Translations under genes and position numbers: made by a program
Shown here: positions 27,370 to 36,909 of the stretch, in pieces
How positions within the stretch are numbered: position 1 is the first letter of the stretch
Layout: every line of letters starts with the position of its first letter
Source: an uncultured Gammaproteobacteria bacterium
Lineage (GTDB): Bacteria > Patescibacteriota > Microgenomatia > UBA8517
Direction of reading: 5' to 3'
Assembly: GCA_964489145.1 (NCBI GenBank)
Contig: CAZAXL010000001.1
Location: forward strand, 52,910 to 116,909
Length of the DNA stretch: 64,000 nt
Notes under the pieces: model-generated
Databases searched by the model: none
The model's input: only the letters and a program-made list of their open reading frames with translations
What the model was told of the DNA's origin: nothing

Positions 27370-29145
27370 TTATTTAACAGTTACGGATTTGGCCAAATTT
27401 CTGGGTTTATCCGGATCAAGTCCTTTCTTTATTGTGAGGTAGTAGGCAAGAAGCTGAGCAACAACAACCTCGGGAATAATACTGGACTCCCCGGCATCGG
27501 AAACATGTATATAATAATCAAAAACCTCGTGAGGTTTATGAGAAATCCCGATAATATAGCCTCCTCTTGCCTTCATTTCCATGGCTCCGGCAAGATTTGA
27601 TCCGTAAGTCTCATCGTTGGGGAGAAAACTGATACACGGAGTACCTTTTTCAATCAAAGCAAGCGGGCCATGCTTAAGTTCGCCCGCGGCAAGGCCTTCG
27701 GCATGAATGTATGAAATTTCCTTAATTTTAAGTGCTGTTTCAAGGCTTGCCGGGTAAGAAAGCCCACGTCCGATTACATAGACATGTTTTTTGTCTACGA
27801 TGAGCGATGTAAGTTCTTTAATTTTTCTTAGAGATTTGGGGGATAATATCTGATTAACCGACTTAACTGCTGCCATCAGTGATTTTTGACCTTCTTTTAC
27901 TCCGCCGTTTAATGAATTGGCCAAAAGCACTAGGTGCGCAACCATGCCGGTAAAAGCCTTTGTTGACGCAACGGCCCTTTCCTGGCCGGCTCCAATCAGC
28001 ATCTTATAATCGGATAGTCTGTAAAGGGATGAACCGGGAACATTTACCAGACTTAGAATTTTCGCACCCTTATCTTTGGCTTTTTTAACCGATTCCAGAA
28101 TATCCATCGTTTCTCCGGACTGTGAAATTGCAATCACCAGACTATCTTTATTTAAGAAATCCAAACTGTAGCCAAACTCGCTGCCTATCGCAAAGTTTAC
28201 GTGCCGTTTTGCCAGTTTGGAAAACAAATAAGATCCCGCAAGACAGGCATATGAAGCCGTCCCGCAGCCTACCAAATAGGTTCCCCGCGCGTCTTTGATC
28301 TTTTTTGCTATTTCTTCAGCCTGAGAAGCTCCGGAAACGGCAATATCCGTAATAATTTGAGGCTGCTCAAAAATTTCTTTAAGCATGTAAAACTCATATT
28401 TTCCCTTTTCACCTTGTTCAATTTTCCAATCCAGCCTTTTTCTTTTAGGAGTAATCTCTTTGACGGTTTTTACATTCAAAATAGTAACCTTGCCGGGGGC
28501 AAGAACGGCCATTTCATTGTCTTCAAGAAAATAAACGTCTCTTGTGTAGGGAAGAAGTGCCGACGCGTCGCTTGCCAAAAAATTTTCATTCTTACCAAAC
28601 CCGATTACCAGAGGGGATCCGTTCCTGGCGGCTACCAGTAAGTTTTCCTTCGCGCTGACGGCTATCACGGCATTAAGCCCATCCATGCGGTTAAATGCCG
28701 CTCTTACCGCCTCAGCAAAGGGTTTGTCTTTGCTAAAATCCTCAAGGAGGTGCGTCAAAGTTTCCGTATCCGTTTCAGAAACAAATTTATGACCTTTCTT
28801 CAATAATCCCTTTTTTATCTCCTCATAATTTTCAAAAATCCCATTATGGATAACGGCAATGGTACCACTACAATCAAGGTGTGGGTGCGCGTTTGCGTCC
28901 GTCACGCCGCCGTGGGTTGCCCAGCGTGTATGGCCGAATGAAAGACTGCCCCCCGGCAAATCGTTGACATTGGCGTTTCCGATTTTACCAACTTTCTTCT
29001 TTATAACTATTGTGTTTTTACTTCCCTCGGGGATCACCCCAACTCCCCAACTGTCGTATCCGCGGTATTCAAGACTTTTCAAACCACTAAAAACCAGTTT
29101 CTGTCCGTCATTTCTATTACCAACATATCCAAATATTCCACACAT
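27370..29145 (-). CDS. glmS: Glutamine--fructose-6-phosphate aminotransferase (GlcN-6-P synthase)
   Basis: N-terminal MCGIFGYVG (Ntn Cys), two SIS domains, and C-terminal ...KPRNLAKSVTVK with catalytic Lys context. Confidence 0.95.
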   Translation of the reverse strand: MCGIFGYVGNRNDGQKLVFSGLKSLEYRGYDSWGVGVIPEGSKNTIVIKKKVGKIGNANVNDLPGGSLSFGHTRWATHGGVTDANAHPHLDCSGTIAVIHNGIFENYEEIKKGLLKKGHKFVSETDTETLTHLLEDFSKDKPFAEAVRAAFNRMDGLNAVIAVSAKENLLVAARNGSPLVIGFGKNENFLASDASALLPYTRDVYFLEDNEMAVLAPGKVTILNVKTVKEITPKRKRLDWKIEQGEKGKYEFYMLKEIFEQPQIITDIAVSGASQAEEIAKKIKDARGTYLVGCGTASYACLAGSYLFSKLAKRHVNFAIGSEFGYSLDFLNKDSLVIAISQSGETMDILESVKKAKDKGAKILSLVNVPGSSLYRLSDYKMLIGAGQERAVASTKAFTGMVAHLVLLANSLNGGVKEGQKSLMAAVKSVNQILSPKSLRKIKELTSLIVDKKHVYVIGRGLSYPASLETALKIKEISYIHAEGLAAGELKHGPLALIEKGTPCISFLPNDETYGSNLAGAMEMKARGGYIIGISHKPHEVFDYYIHVSDAGESSIIPEVVVAQLLAYYLTIKKGLDPDKPRNLAKSVTVK

Positions 29146-29150
29146 ATTTT

Positions 29151-30155
29151 TTAAAGACTATTCAAAATTGCCGCACGAAGTTTATCCGGATCATGACGTA
29201 TCATACTTCTGTTGAGAGCATCCCCTTTTTCTTTCTCCGGAATTTTATCGGAAAGGAGGTCTGTTCTGATTATTTTAACTCCATTACCAAAAATTTTAGT
29301 CTTTAAATCATCCTTTACAGGGAATGTGTTTTCAAGTGCATAAGCTTTAAGGGCGGGCTTTGGAAAATTATTGTTGCTGTTAACCAGGACTTTTTTCACA
29401 AGCCCAAGCGGCATATATTTTTTCAGGTCGGCAAAAAAGTCCGACAACGCATATCCCGGAGTCTCACTGCGTGAATTCATTAGATTGGCGATAAATAGAA
29501 TCTCTCCTTTGGATTTTTTTAAAGCATTTACGACACCGTCAACCACCAGGTTGGCAATTGTATTGGTATAAAAATCTCCCGGCCCGATAATTATGAGGTC
29601 TGCTTCCAAAATTGCTTTTTTTGCCTTGGAATTCAGCTTCACAGCCGGTAAAATCTTCAGATTCTTAATTCTGACTCCTGCACTTCTGGATATATCTATA
29701 TTGTGTTCGCCGACAGCCTCGGAACCGTCTTCATATTTAGCCATTAATCTGGCATTGTCATAGCTAATCGGAATAATATCTCCTTTTACCTGTAAAAGAC
29801 GGCAGGTTTCTTCTATTCCTCTTTTTTGCGAACCCATTATGTCAGCCATTGCAGCCATAAATAGATTCCCAAAAGTCATTCCGTCCAGACCCGCTCCCCC
29901 TTTACTGTAGCGGTATGTGAACAATTTTCTCAAAACGGTTTTATTTTCGGATAGAGCAACTATTGCCTGTCTAATGCCTGATGTCGGAAGCAAACCAAAT
30001 TCGTCGCGGATTATTCGGTTTGAACCTCCGTCATCCACCATCGTCATCAACATCGTAATGTGAACAGGAGCACGGCTTAATCCTGAAGCAACAACATACG
30101 AACCTGTCCCTCCTCCAATAATAACAACGTGGGGAATTTTACTCATTCTTTTCAA
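29151..30155 (-). CDS. YvcK/CofD-family (UPF0052, gluconeogenesis-factor/CuvA-like) protein
   Basis: VVIIGGGTGSYV, MVDDGGSNRIIR, IIIGPGDFYTNTIANL motifs. Sits between glmS and murA. Confidence 0.8.
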   Translation of the reverse strand: MKRMSKIPHVVIIGGGTGSYVVASGLSRAPVHITMLMTMVDDGGSNRIIRDEFGLLPTSGIRQAIVALSENKTVLRKLFTYRYSKGGAGLDGMTFGNLFMAAMADIMGSQKRGIEETCRLLQVKGDIIPISYDNARLMAKYEDGSEAVGEHNIDISRSAGVRIKNLKILPAVKLNSKAKKAILEADLIIIGPGDFYTNTIANLVVDGVVNALKKSKGEILFIANLMNSRSETPGYALSDFFADLKKYMPLGLVKKVLVNSNNNFPKPALKAYALENTFPVKDDLKTKIFGNGVKIIRTDLLSDKIPEKEKGDALNRSMIRHDPDKLRAAILNSL

Positions 30156-31395
30156 AAATCTCCGCTCCTAGCAAACGAAGTCTTTGTCCAATATTTTCAT
30201 AGCCCCTGGCAACAACCTCTATATTTTCTATTTCACTTCTGCCCGAAGCCGCAAGAGCAGCTAAAATTACCGAAATGCCGGCTCTTATGTCTTTACAAAA
30301 AAGCCTGTCACTCATAAGTGGCGTCGGGCCGCTGACTATAACCCTATGGGGGTCAGCAATAAATATTTTCGCACCCATCGAAATAAGATCATCCACAAAA
30401 AACATTCTCCATTCATACATCCAGTCGTGGCAGACAACGGTGCCTTTAGTCTGCGTTGCAAGAACAATGAAAGGGCTCATTAAATCAGTCGGAAAACCGG
30501 GCCATGGTCTTGTCTGAAACTTTCCACGAGTAGAAACCAGTTTGGAAGGCAGTACCGTAAGAGAATTTTCTCCGGATTTATAATTCACACCCATATAGCC
30601 CAAGTAATTTAGCATCATGGGGTACTGCCTGGAATCGAAGTCTTCTATTTCTATTTTTCCGCCGGTTATTGCCGAGGCTATCGCAAAAGTGCCGCCCTCA
30701 ATATGATCCGGGCAGACTCTGTGCTCAACTCCGTGCAGTTTGCCACCTCTGATTTTTAAGACATTAGATCCTATGCCTGAAATGTCCGCGCCCATTTTGG
30801 AAAGCATTTTTGCCAAATCCAGAACATGCGGTTCCGTTGCGGCATCGTCAATCGTTATACCGTCAGGCAGAGAGGATGCCATTATAAGCCCCATTTCTGT
30901 AGCCGTAACGGATGGCTCATCCAAAAAAATGTCAGGGGACACTTTTTTCTTCCAGTTCAAAAAATATCTCCCGTCAGTGCGCTTAATTTCCACTCCCATC
31001 TTTTGCATCATGGCAAAGTGGGTATCAAGAAGTCTTTCCCCGATCTGGTCTCCTCCGGGAGGAGTTACAATTGCCTTCCCAAACCGAACCAAAAGAGGTG
31101 CGGCTAAAACCACGGAAGCCCTGAATTTTGCAGACAAATCAGGATCCGGATCAAAAGAATCTAAACCTTGAGGATCAATTGTTACTTCATGATCGCGTTT
31201 TGTAACCTTAACTCCAAGCTTTGAAACAAGGTCAAGCATTACTGAAACATCGGAAATTTCAGGCACATTAGTTAAGGTCGTGGGGGAATCGGCAAGAAGT
31301 GCGGCGGGAATTAACTTCAAAGCCGAGTTTTTATTACCGGAAAGCTTAATTTTTCCCTCAAGCTTGTTGCCGCCGACTATTATAAATTTCGACAT
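30139..31395 (-). CDS. murA: UDP-GlcNAc 1-carboxyvinyltransferase MurA
   Basis: N-terminal FIIVGGNKLEGKIKLSGNKNSALKLIPAALLAD and two-domain inside-out alpha/beta EPT fold. Confidence 0.9.
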   Translation of the reverse strand: MSKFIIVGGNKLEGKIKLSGNKNSALKLIPAALLADSPTTLTNVPEISDVSVMLDLVSKLGVKVTKRDHEVTIDPQGLDSFDPDPDLSAKFRASVVLAAPLLVRFGKAIVTPPGGDQIGERLLDTHFAMMQKMGVEIKRTDGRYFLNWKKKVSPDIFLDEPSVTATEMGLIMASSLPDGITIDDAATEPHVLDLAKMLSKMGADISGIGSNVLKIRGGKLHGVEHRVCPDHIEGGTFAIASAITGGKIEIEDFDSRQYPMMLNYLGYMGVNYKSGENSLTVLPSKLVSTRGKFQTRPWPGFPTDLMSPFIVLATQTKGTVVCHDWMYEWRMFFVDDLISMGAKIFIADPHRVIVSGPTPLMSDRLFCKDIRAGISVILAALAASGRSEIENIEVVARGYENIGQRLRLLGAEIFEKNE

Positions 31396-31413
31396 AACAA
31401 TAAAAGTATTGTA

Positions 31414-33123
31414 TCACCCCTCAGGCTGAATCCCAAAATATGGGAAAAGATCTTTTGCGATTGCAAACCAAAGGGGAGCCGCGGTTTCCGCGGCCCAGGG
31501 CGAACTCTGTGGGGAGTTGAGCGTGACAAGCATTACAAATTTAGGATTGCCGGCAGGAGCAAAACCGACAAACGAATGAATTGTGTTTGTTGCGTCATAA
31601 TGCCCCGCAACCGGAATTTGGGCCGTACCCGTTTTTCCGGCAACCTTAAAGCCCGGGATTTTAACCCATTTAGCCTCACCGCGCTCAGCCGCTTCAACCA
31701 TCATCTGGGTAATTTCTTTCGCGGCTTGCTGTTTAATTATTCTGGTGGGCGGGTCTGCCTCTATTTTTTCCTCCCAACCGTCTCCGTTTACGGCAGTTAC
31801 AACCCTCGGAGTGACAAGATAGCCGCCATTGGCTATGGCGGATACTGCCCTCACTATTTCAATTCCGGTAACGGCTACTCCCTGACCAAAACTGGCTGTT
31901 GCCAGGTCCACCACATTCCAGGTTCCTTTTTCTCTCAGTTTGGGTGCTACTTCACCCTGTAAATCTATGCCTGTTTTTTGTCCAATTCCGAATTTAACAA
32001 AATAATCATAAAGGGTATCTGTCCCCAGTTTTTGGCCAACGAAAGACATTCCGATGTTATCCGACTCCACTATTACATCTGTCATGGATATATCTGCCGT
32101 ATATTTATCATTCCAGGTTTTAATAAAATACTTATCCAGCTTCAAGGGGCCGCTGCAAATATCACAAGGTGTATCCGGCTCCACCACGCCCGCATCCAGT
32201 CCGGCAGCCATTACCACAACTTTTAAGATCGATCCCGGTTCGAAGGTGTTGCTGATGACGGGGTTTTTAAAAAGAGAGTCATTGTATAAACCATAATCAG
32301 CAGGATCGAACGAAGGAAGGCTTGCCATTGCTAAAATTTTCCCGCTTTTAGGATCCATTATTGTAATACTGCCTCCGGCGGCTCCATATTTTTCAATTCC
32401 TTTTGCAAGCTCGTCTTCGACAACAATCTGGACTCTTTTATCAATACTGGTCAAAAGATCAACACCGGAAACTGCCGAAATCCGGGTAGTGCCGCCAAGG
32501 AGTATTGGCGAACCCTTTGCGTCCTTTTCACCGCCCACAAAACCCGGTTTTCCGCTCAGAGGAAGGTTGTAATACCCCTCCAATCCGAAATAGCCGATAT
32601 CAGCCCCGTCATTATCCTTTCCCACAAATCCCAAAAGCTGTGCCGCAGAGGACGATTCGGGATAAAACGAAGCTTCTGCAGCGTCATACCCGATCCCGTC
32701 AATATCCAAAGCCTCAATGTTTATTTTGACGTTGTCATCTATTTTTTGCTTTAATGAAACCCAATTCGAATTTTTTTCCAAAAGGATTCGGAGTCTTTCT
32801 TTTTCGTTTGTAAGCGCGTCAGTATCCCCTTCTTCATCCATCAAAAGCGGTGCGAGTTTACCTGATACCTCCGGCGCCGAAAGGTTCAAAAGATGAGGGT
32901 TCACCCAAAGATTCCAGGAAGGAGCTCTGGCAACCCAAGGAGTCCCGTCTGAAGCCAGAATATTTCCACGGGGAGCAGTGGTCACTGTCGAGGTGCTATG
33001 CTGATTTCTCGCCTGATCCGCAAGCGATTTGCCCTTAATAACCTGCCAGTAAAAAAGCCTTGCCGTCAGCGCCAGAAAAAGTATTATAAAAAGGACCGAA
33101 AGTAAACGAATTTTTACGGGCAT
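31414..33123 (-). CDS. ftsI: Class B penicillin-binding protein (division transpeptidase FtsI/PBP3-like)
   Basis: N-terminal TM plus dimerisation domain, SxxK (GSILKVV), SxN (ESDNIGM) and KTGT (AGKTGTAQ) motifs. Confidence 0.85.
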   Translation of the reverse strand: MPVKIRLLSVLFIILFLALTARLFYWQVIKGKSLADQARNQHSTSTVTTAPRGNILASDGTPWVARAPSWNLWVNPHLLNLSAPEVSGKLAPLLMDEEGDTDALTNEKERLRILLEKNSNWVSLKQKIDDNVKINIEALDIDGIGYDAAEASFYPESSSAAQLLGFVGKDNDGADIGYFGLEGYYNLPLSGKPGFVGGEKDAKGSPILLGGTTRISAVSGVDLLTSIDKRVQIVVEDELAKGIEKYGAAGGSITIMDPKSGKILAMASLPSFDPADYGLYNDSLFKNPVISNTFEPGSILKVVVMAAGLDAGVVEPDTPCDICSGPLKLDKYFIKTWNDKYTADISMTDVIVESDNIGMSFVGQKLGTDTLYDYFVKFGIGQKTGIDLQGEVAPKLREKGTWNVVDLATASFGQGVAVTGIEIVRAVSAIANGGYLVTPRVVTAVNGDGWEEKIEADPPTRIIKQQAAKEITQMMVEAAERGEAKWVKIPGFKVAGKTGTAQIPVAGHYDATNTIHSFVGFAPAGNPKFVMLVTLNSPQSSPWAAETAAPLWFAIAKDLFPYFGIQPEG

Positions 33124-33125
33124 AT

Positions 33126-33452
33126 CTATGGAAGTTTAGCCATAGCCTCCTGAGATTGAGAAACATATACCATCGTGTTTGGTTTTATATAACCCATCTC
33201 ACCGCTTTTTTCTTCCAAACCGTTTATGGAAAGTGAACGGACAAGAGTGCTTTCCAGATTTCTTTTTTCCATGGAAAGTTCGCCCTGTTTTTGCCTAAGG
33301 CTGGAAACTTCCACCCCTGAGGTTGCTGTTTCAACAGTCATAAAAACGGATGAAATTGCCAAAACTGCCCCTACGGCAAATAAAGTATATTTCTTTATTT
33401 TCCAAGCCGACGTTCCTTTGTCGTGACTGTTAAAATTTTTTCTCATTATCAT
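33126..33452 (-). CDS. ftsL: FtsL-like small bitopic division protein
   Basis: 108 aa with a single TM segment and coiled-coil-like periplasmic part. Canonical position between rsmH and ftsI. Confidence 0.5.
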   Translation of the reverse strand: MIMRKNFNSHDKGTSAWKIKKYTLFAVGAVLAISSVFMTVETATSGVEVSSLRQKQGELSMEKRNLESTLVRSLSINGLEEKSGEMGYIKPNTMVYVSQSQEAMAKLP

Positions 33453-33474
33453 AATTTTTATTTTTGTAAAAACA

Positions 33475-34389
33475 CTATTTTTCTAAAACCCGCATCTTTG
33501 CACTCCTTGCTCTTCTATTAATTCCAATCTCATCAGCCTCAGCCATGATGGGTTTAAAAGTTATCTGTTTTGCCCCCACTTTTGTCATTTCTTTAAAAAA
33601 GTTCTTAACCAAAACGTCCTCCTTTGAATGAAAACTTATAACAACCAGCCTTCCACCTTTTTCAATCAAGTCAAACGCCTTAGGTAAAACCTCTTCCAGA
33701 TTGGTCAACTCGCTATTGACCGCAACCCTGACGGCTAAAAACGGTAAAGTTGCCTCATTTAATCCCGGCTTACCGATTTTAAGTCCCTCGGAAATTTCCA
33801 AAAGGTCTCCGACCGTTTCTATGGGTTTATCCATTCTCGAATGCATAACCCGGCCTGAAATCCATTTCGCCGCCCCAGGCTCCATTGTTGCCTCAAAAAG
33901 ATCTCTCAACTGATCTTCTCTTAAAACATTTAAAAGATCGGATCCTTTTACTCCCTGAGTTTCCGGATTCATTCTCATGTCTAAAGGTGCCTCTGAATTA
34001 CCAAATGAAAACCCTCTTTCGAGATCTTTCAAGTGTAAATTTGTTACACCAAGGTCAAAAAGAATTCCGGCAACAGGGTACCAGCCGTTTTCTTTGGCAA
34101 TTCTGTCAATCTCGGTAAAGTTCCCTCCAACTAGCTTGAAATCCTTTTTATTAGCAGTTTTCAGCCTTCCTTCGGCTATTTCAAGCATTTTGGGGTCGAT
34201 CTCTATTCCTAAAACCATTCCTCCCGAATTCAAGATTTCCAAAGTATGCCCCGCATTTCCGAGCGTTGCGTCAATATATTTACTACCTTTTTCAATGTGC
34301 AAGGCCTCTATGGCCTTTTTAACTAATACTGATTCGTGAAATTCATTTTTCATTTCTTTTTGCCAGATCTTCAATATAACTGGCTGCAT
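33475..34389 (-). CDS. rsmH: 16S rRNA (cytosine1402-N4)-methyltransferase RsmH (MraW)
   Basis: HESVLVKKAIEAL, DATLGNAGHT SAM-MTase motifs. Confidence 0.9.
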   Translation of the reverse strand: MQPVILKIWQKEMKNEFHESVLVKKAIEALHIEKGSKYIDATLGNAGHTLEILNSGGMVLGIEIDPKMLEIAEGRLKTANKKDFKLVGGNFTEIDRIAKENGWYPVAGILFDLGVTNLHLKDLERGFSFGNSEAPLDMRMNPETQGVKGSDLLNVLREDQLRDLFEATMEPGAAKWISGRVMHSRMDKPIETVGDLLEISEGLKIGKPGLNEATLPFLAVRVAVNSELTNLEEVLPKAFDLIEKGGRLVVISFHSKEDVLVKNFFKEMTKVGAKQITFKPIMAEADEIGINRRARSAKMRVLEK

Positions 34390-34780
34390 CTTTGGCCACT
34401 TCTTTTTCCCGCTCTTCCCAAATCTCTTTATTCCAAATTTCTACCCGATCGCCAACTCCCAAAAAGTAAACCTGATCTTTCAGATTTGCATAAGCCACCA
34501 GCCTGTCGGGTACTACTATCCGGCCCTGATCATCGGGAACAACTTCATAAGAAGACGCAAAAATGAAATGTTCGGTCTTTCTTATGGGTTCAATTATTGT
34601 TCTTTGATCCCCCGTGACCCTCCCTAAAAGTGTATTTAAAGAGCTTTTACCAACAAGAACCAGACATTCTTCGTACCACTGCGACAAAATCAATTCTTTT
34701 CCCAGATTTTCCCGAAAGACAGAAGGAATGGAGATTCTCTTCCCCGAAGTCACGCTCACCAAATATGTACCTAAAAACAT
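34343..34780 (-). CDS. mraZ: Transcriptional regulator MraZ
   Basis: 145 aa with a tandem MraZ/SpoVT-AbrB-like half-domain and N-terminal MFLGTY...GKRISIPSVFRENLG. First gene of the dcw operon. Overlaps rsmH by 47 nt. Confidence 0.85.
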   Translation of the reverse strand: MFLGTYLVSVTSGKRISIPSVFRENLGKELILSQWYEECLVLVGKSSLNTLLGRVTGDQRTIIEPIRKTEHFIFASSYEVVPDDQGRIVVPDRLVAYANLKDQVYFLGVGDRVEIWNKEIWEEREKEVAKDAASYIEDLAKRNEK

Positions 34781-34819
34781 TTCTTTTCATCTGGGCAGAT
34801 GTGGTTAGAAACAGTAATT

Positions 34820-34871
34820 ACCATTTCTCACCATTAACAACCATTTAATATTATTTTCACGGTGCTGTCAA
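34820..34871 (-). promoter_or_regulatory. Candidate Pmra promoter (-35 TTGACA at 34866-34871, -10 TTAAAT about 17 nt downstream) with three direct AATGGT repeats at exact 10-bp phasing between it and the mraZ ATG. Candidate MraZ operator.
   Basis: Plus-strand ACCATT at 34820-34825, 34830-34835 and 34840-34845 (minus strand AATGGT x3, 10-bp period). Perfect TTGACA upstream. Known MraZ boxes are three 10-bp-phased direct repeats downstream of Pmra. Confidence 0.45.
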
Positions 34872-34926
34872 GACCCGCTTCACGGAAGATCTTTATATGG
34901 TTATTACCGGAATATTTGAATGAAGA

Positions 34927-35592
34927 TTACTGGCCAAGTTCCCCTGTGTGGGCAAGATCATCTGAAGCAAAAACTCCATAGCCGTTCTGCCAAACAACTG
35001 GGGCTACGGAGGGTTCCTTGTATGTTTTCATTGTTACAAAGTAAACATTTTTGGCAATTTTATCCAGGGTATACTTAAAAATCCCGTCAACGGAGGTTAG
35101 TTCCGTGACACCAGATTGGAGATGAAAATCCGTGGTCAGCTTTCCTATCATTTTTCCATTCCCGTCCCTGAAAGTAATAGTCATTGTGCCTTGCTCAACT
35201 CCCGCATCATACCTGAATTTTCCGGATGACTCCGAGCCCAAAAGGAGCATTCTTTCTATACTGGTATCTGTTAGTTTAGCGGTCCCCGGCACGCCCTGTT
35301 GGCCTCCATCGCTGGTGCTATAGACCATCAGGTAGTCCATCGAGGCCGCTCCGGAAACGTTGATTTTTTCAACTTTAAAATTCAGCCAGTGTCCGTCGGA
35401 TCCCGAAACTCCGGGCTTGTTGGTTGGGGTAAGGCTAATGGCCGGCCACTCGGACTCGGAAAGAACGGGGACATTTGAGATGTCATCATTTTCGGAAGTA
35501 TTTGAAGCTTTGTTTTTACCTTTGATAACAAATCCAACTACAAGAACTACTAAAACCAGGGCTCCAACAATTATCGGTAAAGTTTTTTTCAT
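34927..35592 (-). CDS. Hypothetical membrane-anchored extracytoplasmic protein (221 aa)
   Basis: N-terminal TM (IIVGALVLVVLVVGFVI) followed by a Ser/Gly/Thr-rich soluble domain. No recognisable motif. 4-nt overlap with glyQS. Confidence 0.4.
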   Translation of the reverse strand: MKKTLPIIVGALVLVVLVVGFVIKGKNKASNTSENDDISNVPVLSESEWPAISLTPTNKPGVSGSDGHWLNFKVEKINVSGAASMDYLMVYSTSDGGQQGVPGTAKLTDTSIERMLLLGSESSGKFRYDAGVEQGTMTITFRDGNGKMIGKLTTDFHLQSGVTELTSVDGIFKYTLDKIAKNVYFVTMKTYKEPSVAPVVWQNGYGVFASDDLAHTGELGQ

Positions 35593-36890
35593 GCTGCTAA
35601 CTTATTTTGAAAATATTCTGTCAAATTGTCAATGGCAATTCTTTCCTGCTTGGCGCTGTCCCTATCGCGTACGGTCACTGTAGCGTCGTTTAAGGACTCA
35701 AAATCAACCGTTACACACCACGGGGTCCCTATCTCATCCTGTGCGTAATAGCGCTTACCGATGTTTCCCCTATCGTCCCAAACAACGTTAAATTTTTGCT
35801 TAAGATTTTTGTATATTTCTTTGGCTTTAGCCAGAAGTTCGGGCTTATTGGCCAAAAGAGGAAAAACAGCAACTTTGTAGGGAGCAATTTTGGGATTAAG
35901 CTTAAGGTAAATTCTTTCTCCATCCTCACGGTATGCGTCAATAAGGAAGAAAAGCATTGCCCGGTCCACCCCGCCCGAAGTTTCGATTACCCAAGGCGTG
36001 TACTCTTCTCCGGTCAGGTTGTCTCTATAGGAAAGATTGTGATTGCCTAAATCAAAGTCCCCCCTGTGATGGATTCCTTCAAATTCACTCCAGCCGAAAG
36101 GTGCTTCATATTCCAAATCGGTGGCATATTTGGCATAGTGAGCTCTCTTCTCGGGTTCGTGATCGTGGAATCTTAATTTTTTAGGATCAATTCCCAAATC
36201 CTCATACCACCTTTTTCTCTTTTCTTTCCAGTATTCAAAGATTTTTTTACTGTCCTCCTCATCCGGCTTTACAAAATATTCAAGCTCCATCTGCTCAAAC
36301 TCGCGGGAGCGGAAAGTTAAATTACCCGGAGTAATTTCATTTCTGAAGGCCTTCCCTATTTGAGCGATTCCAAAAGGAATCCTGACTCGGGTAGAGTCAA
36401 TTACATTCTTGAAATCAACAAAGGCTCCTTGTGTAATCTCTCCCCTGAGATATGATTTTTCTTTAGGCTCCGTGGTTCCGAGAAGGACTTCGGTCATTAA
36501 GTTAAAGGTTTTTGGCTCCGTCCAAATATCTTTTTTATCTTTGTGTGTTTTTTCGTGGTCGGCAACGGCTTCCTCATTGTCCGCCCTGACTCTCTTATGG
36601 CAAACCTTACATTCGACAAGGGGGTCGGTAAAAGCTTTAAGGTGTCCGGATTTTTCCCAGACTGTGGGGTTCATAATGATAGCCGCATCAATTCCGACCA
36701 CATCTTCCCTGTCATAAACCATATATTTCCACCATTCTTTCTTGATGTTATTTTTCATCTCAACCCCGGCTGGTCCATAATCCCAAAATCCCTGGTATCC
36801 ACCGTAAATTTCACTACCCTGAAAGATAAAGCCGCGGCGTTTTGCCAAAGAAGTAATCTTTTCCATCACCGACGAAGCCTTCGCATCCAT
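35589..36890 (-). CDS. glyQS: Glycyl-tRNA synthetase, alpha2 dimeric (eukaryote/archaeal-type)
   Basis: 433 aa. N-terminal ...RRGFIFQGSEIYGGYQGFWDYGPAGVEMK..., class II motifs and C-terminal anticodon-binding domain. Confidence 0.9.
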   Translation of the reverse strand: MDAKASSVMEKITSLAKRRGFIFQGSEIYGGYQGFWDYGPAGVEMKNNIKKEWWKYMVYDREDVVGIDAAIIMNPTVWEKSGHLKAFTDPLVECKVCHKRVRADNEEAVADHEKTHKDKKDIWTEPKTFNLMTEVLLGTTEPKEKSYLRGEITQGAFVDFKNVIDSTRVRIPFGIAQIGKAFRNEITPGNLTFRSREFEQMELEYFVKPDEEDSKKIFEYWKEKRKRWYEDLGIDPKKLRFHDHEPEKRAHYAKYATDLEYEAPFGWSEFEGIHHRGDFDLGNHNLSYRDNLTGEEYTPWVIETSGGVDRAMLFFLIDAYREDGERIYLKLNPKIAPYKVAVFPLLANKPELLAKAKEIYKNLKQKFNVVWDDRGNIGKRYYAQDEIGTPWCVTVDFESLNDATVTVRDRDSAKQERIAIDNLTEYFQNKLAA

Positions 36891-36909
36891 ATAACAAGAA
36901 TTATATTAT

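Noticed and set aside
29146-29150. Possible glmS ribozyme or T-box leaders upstream of glmS, ileS and glyQS
   Set aside because: Upstream intergenic distances are 5-28 nt (glmS 5 nt, ileS 28 nt, glyQS 19 nt). There is no room for a structured leader RNA.
28357-31171. Multiple plus-strand ORFs of 80-143 aa inside glmS, yvcK and murA
   Set aside because: They are antisense to strongly supported CDSs. No domains were found and the codon usage is atypical.
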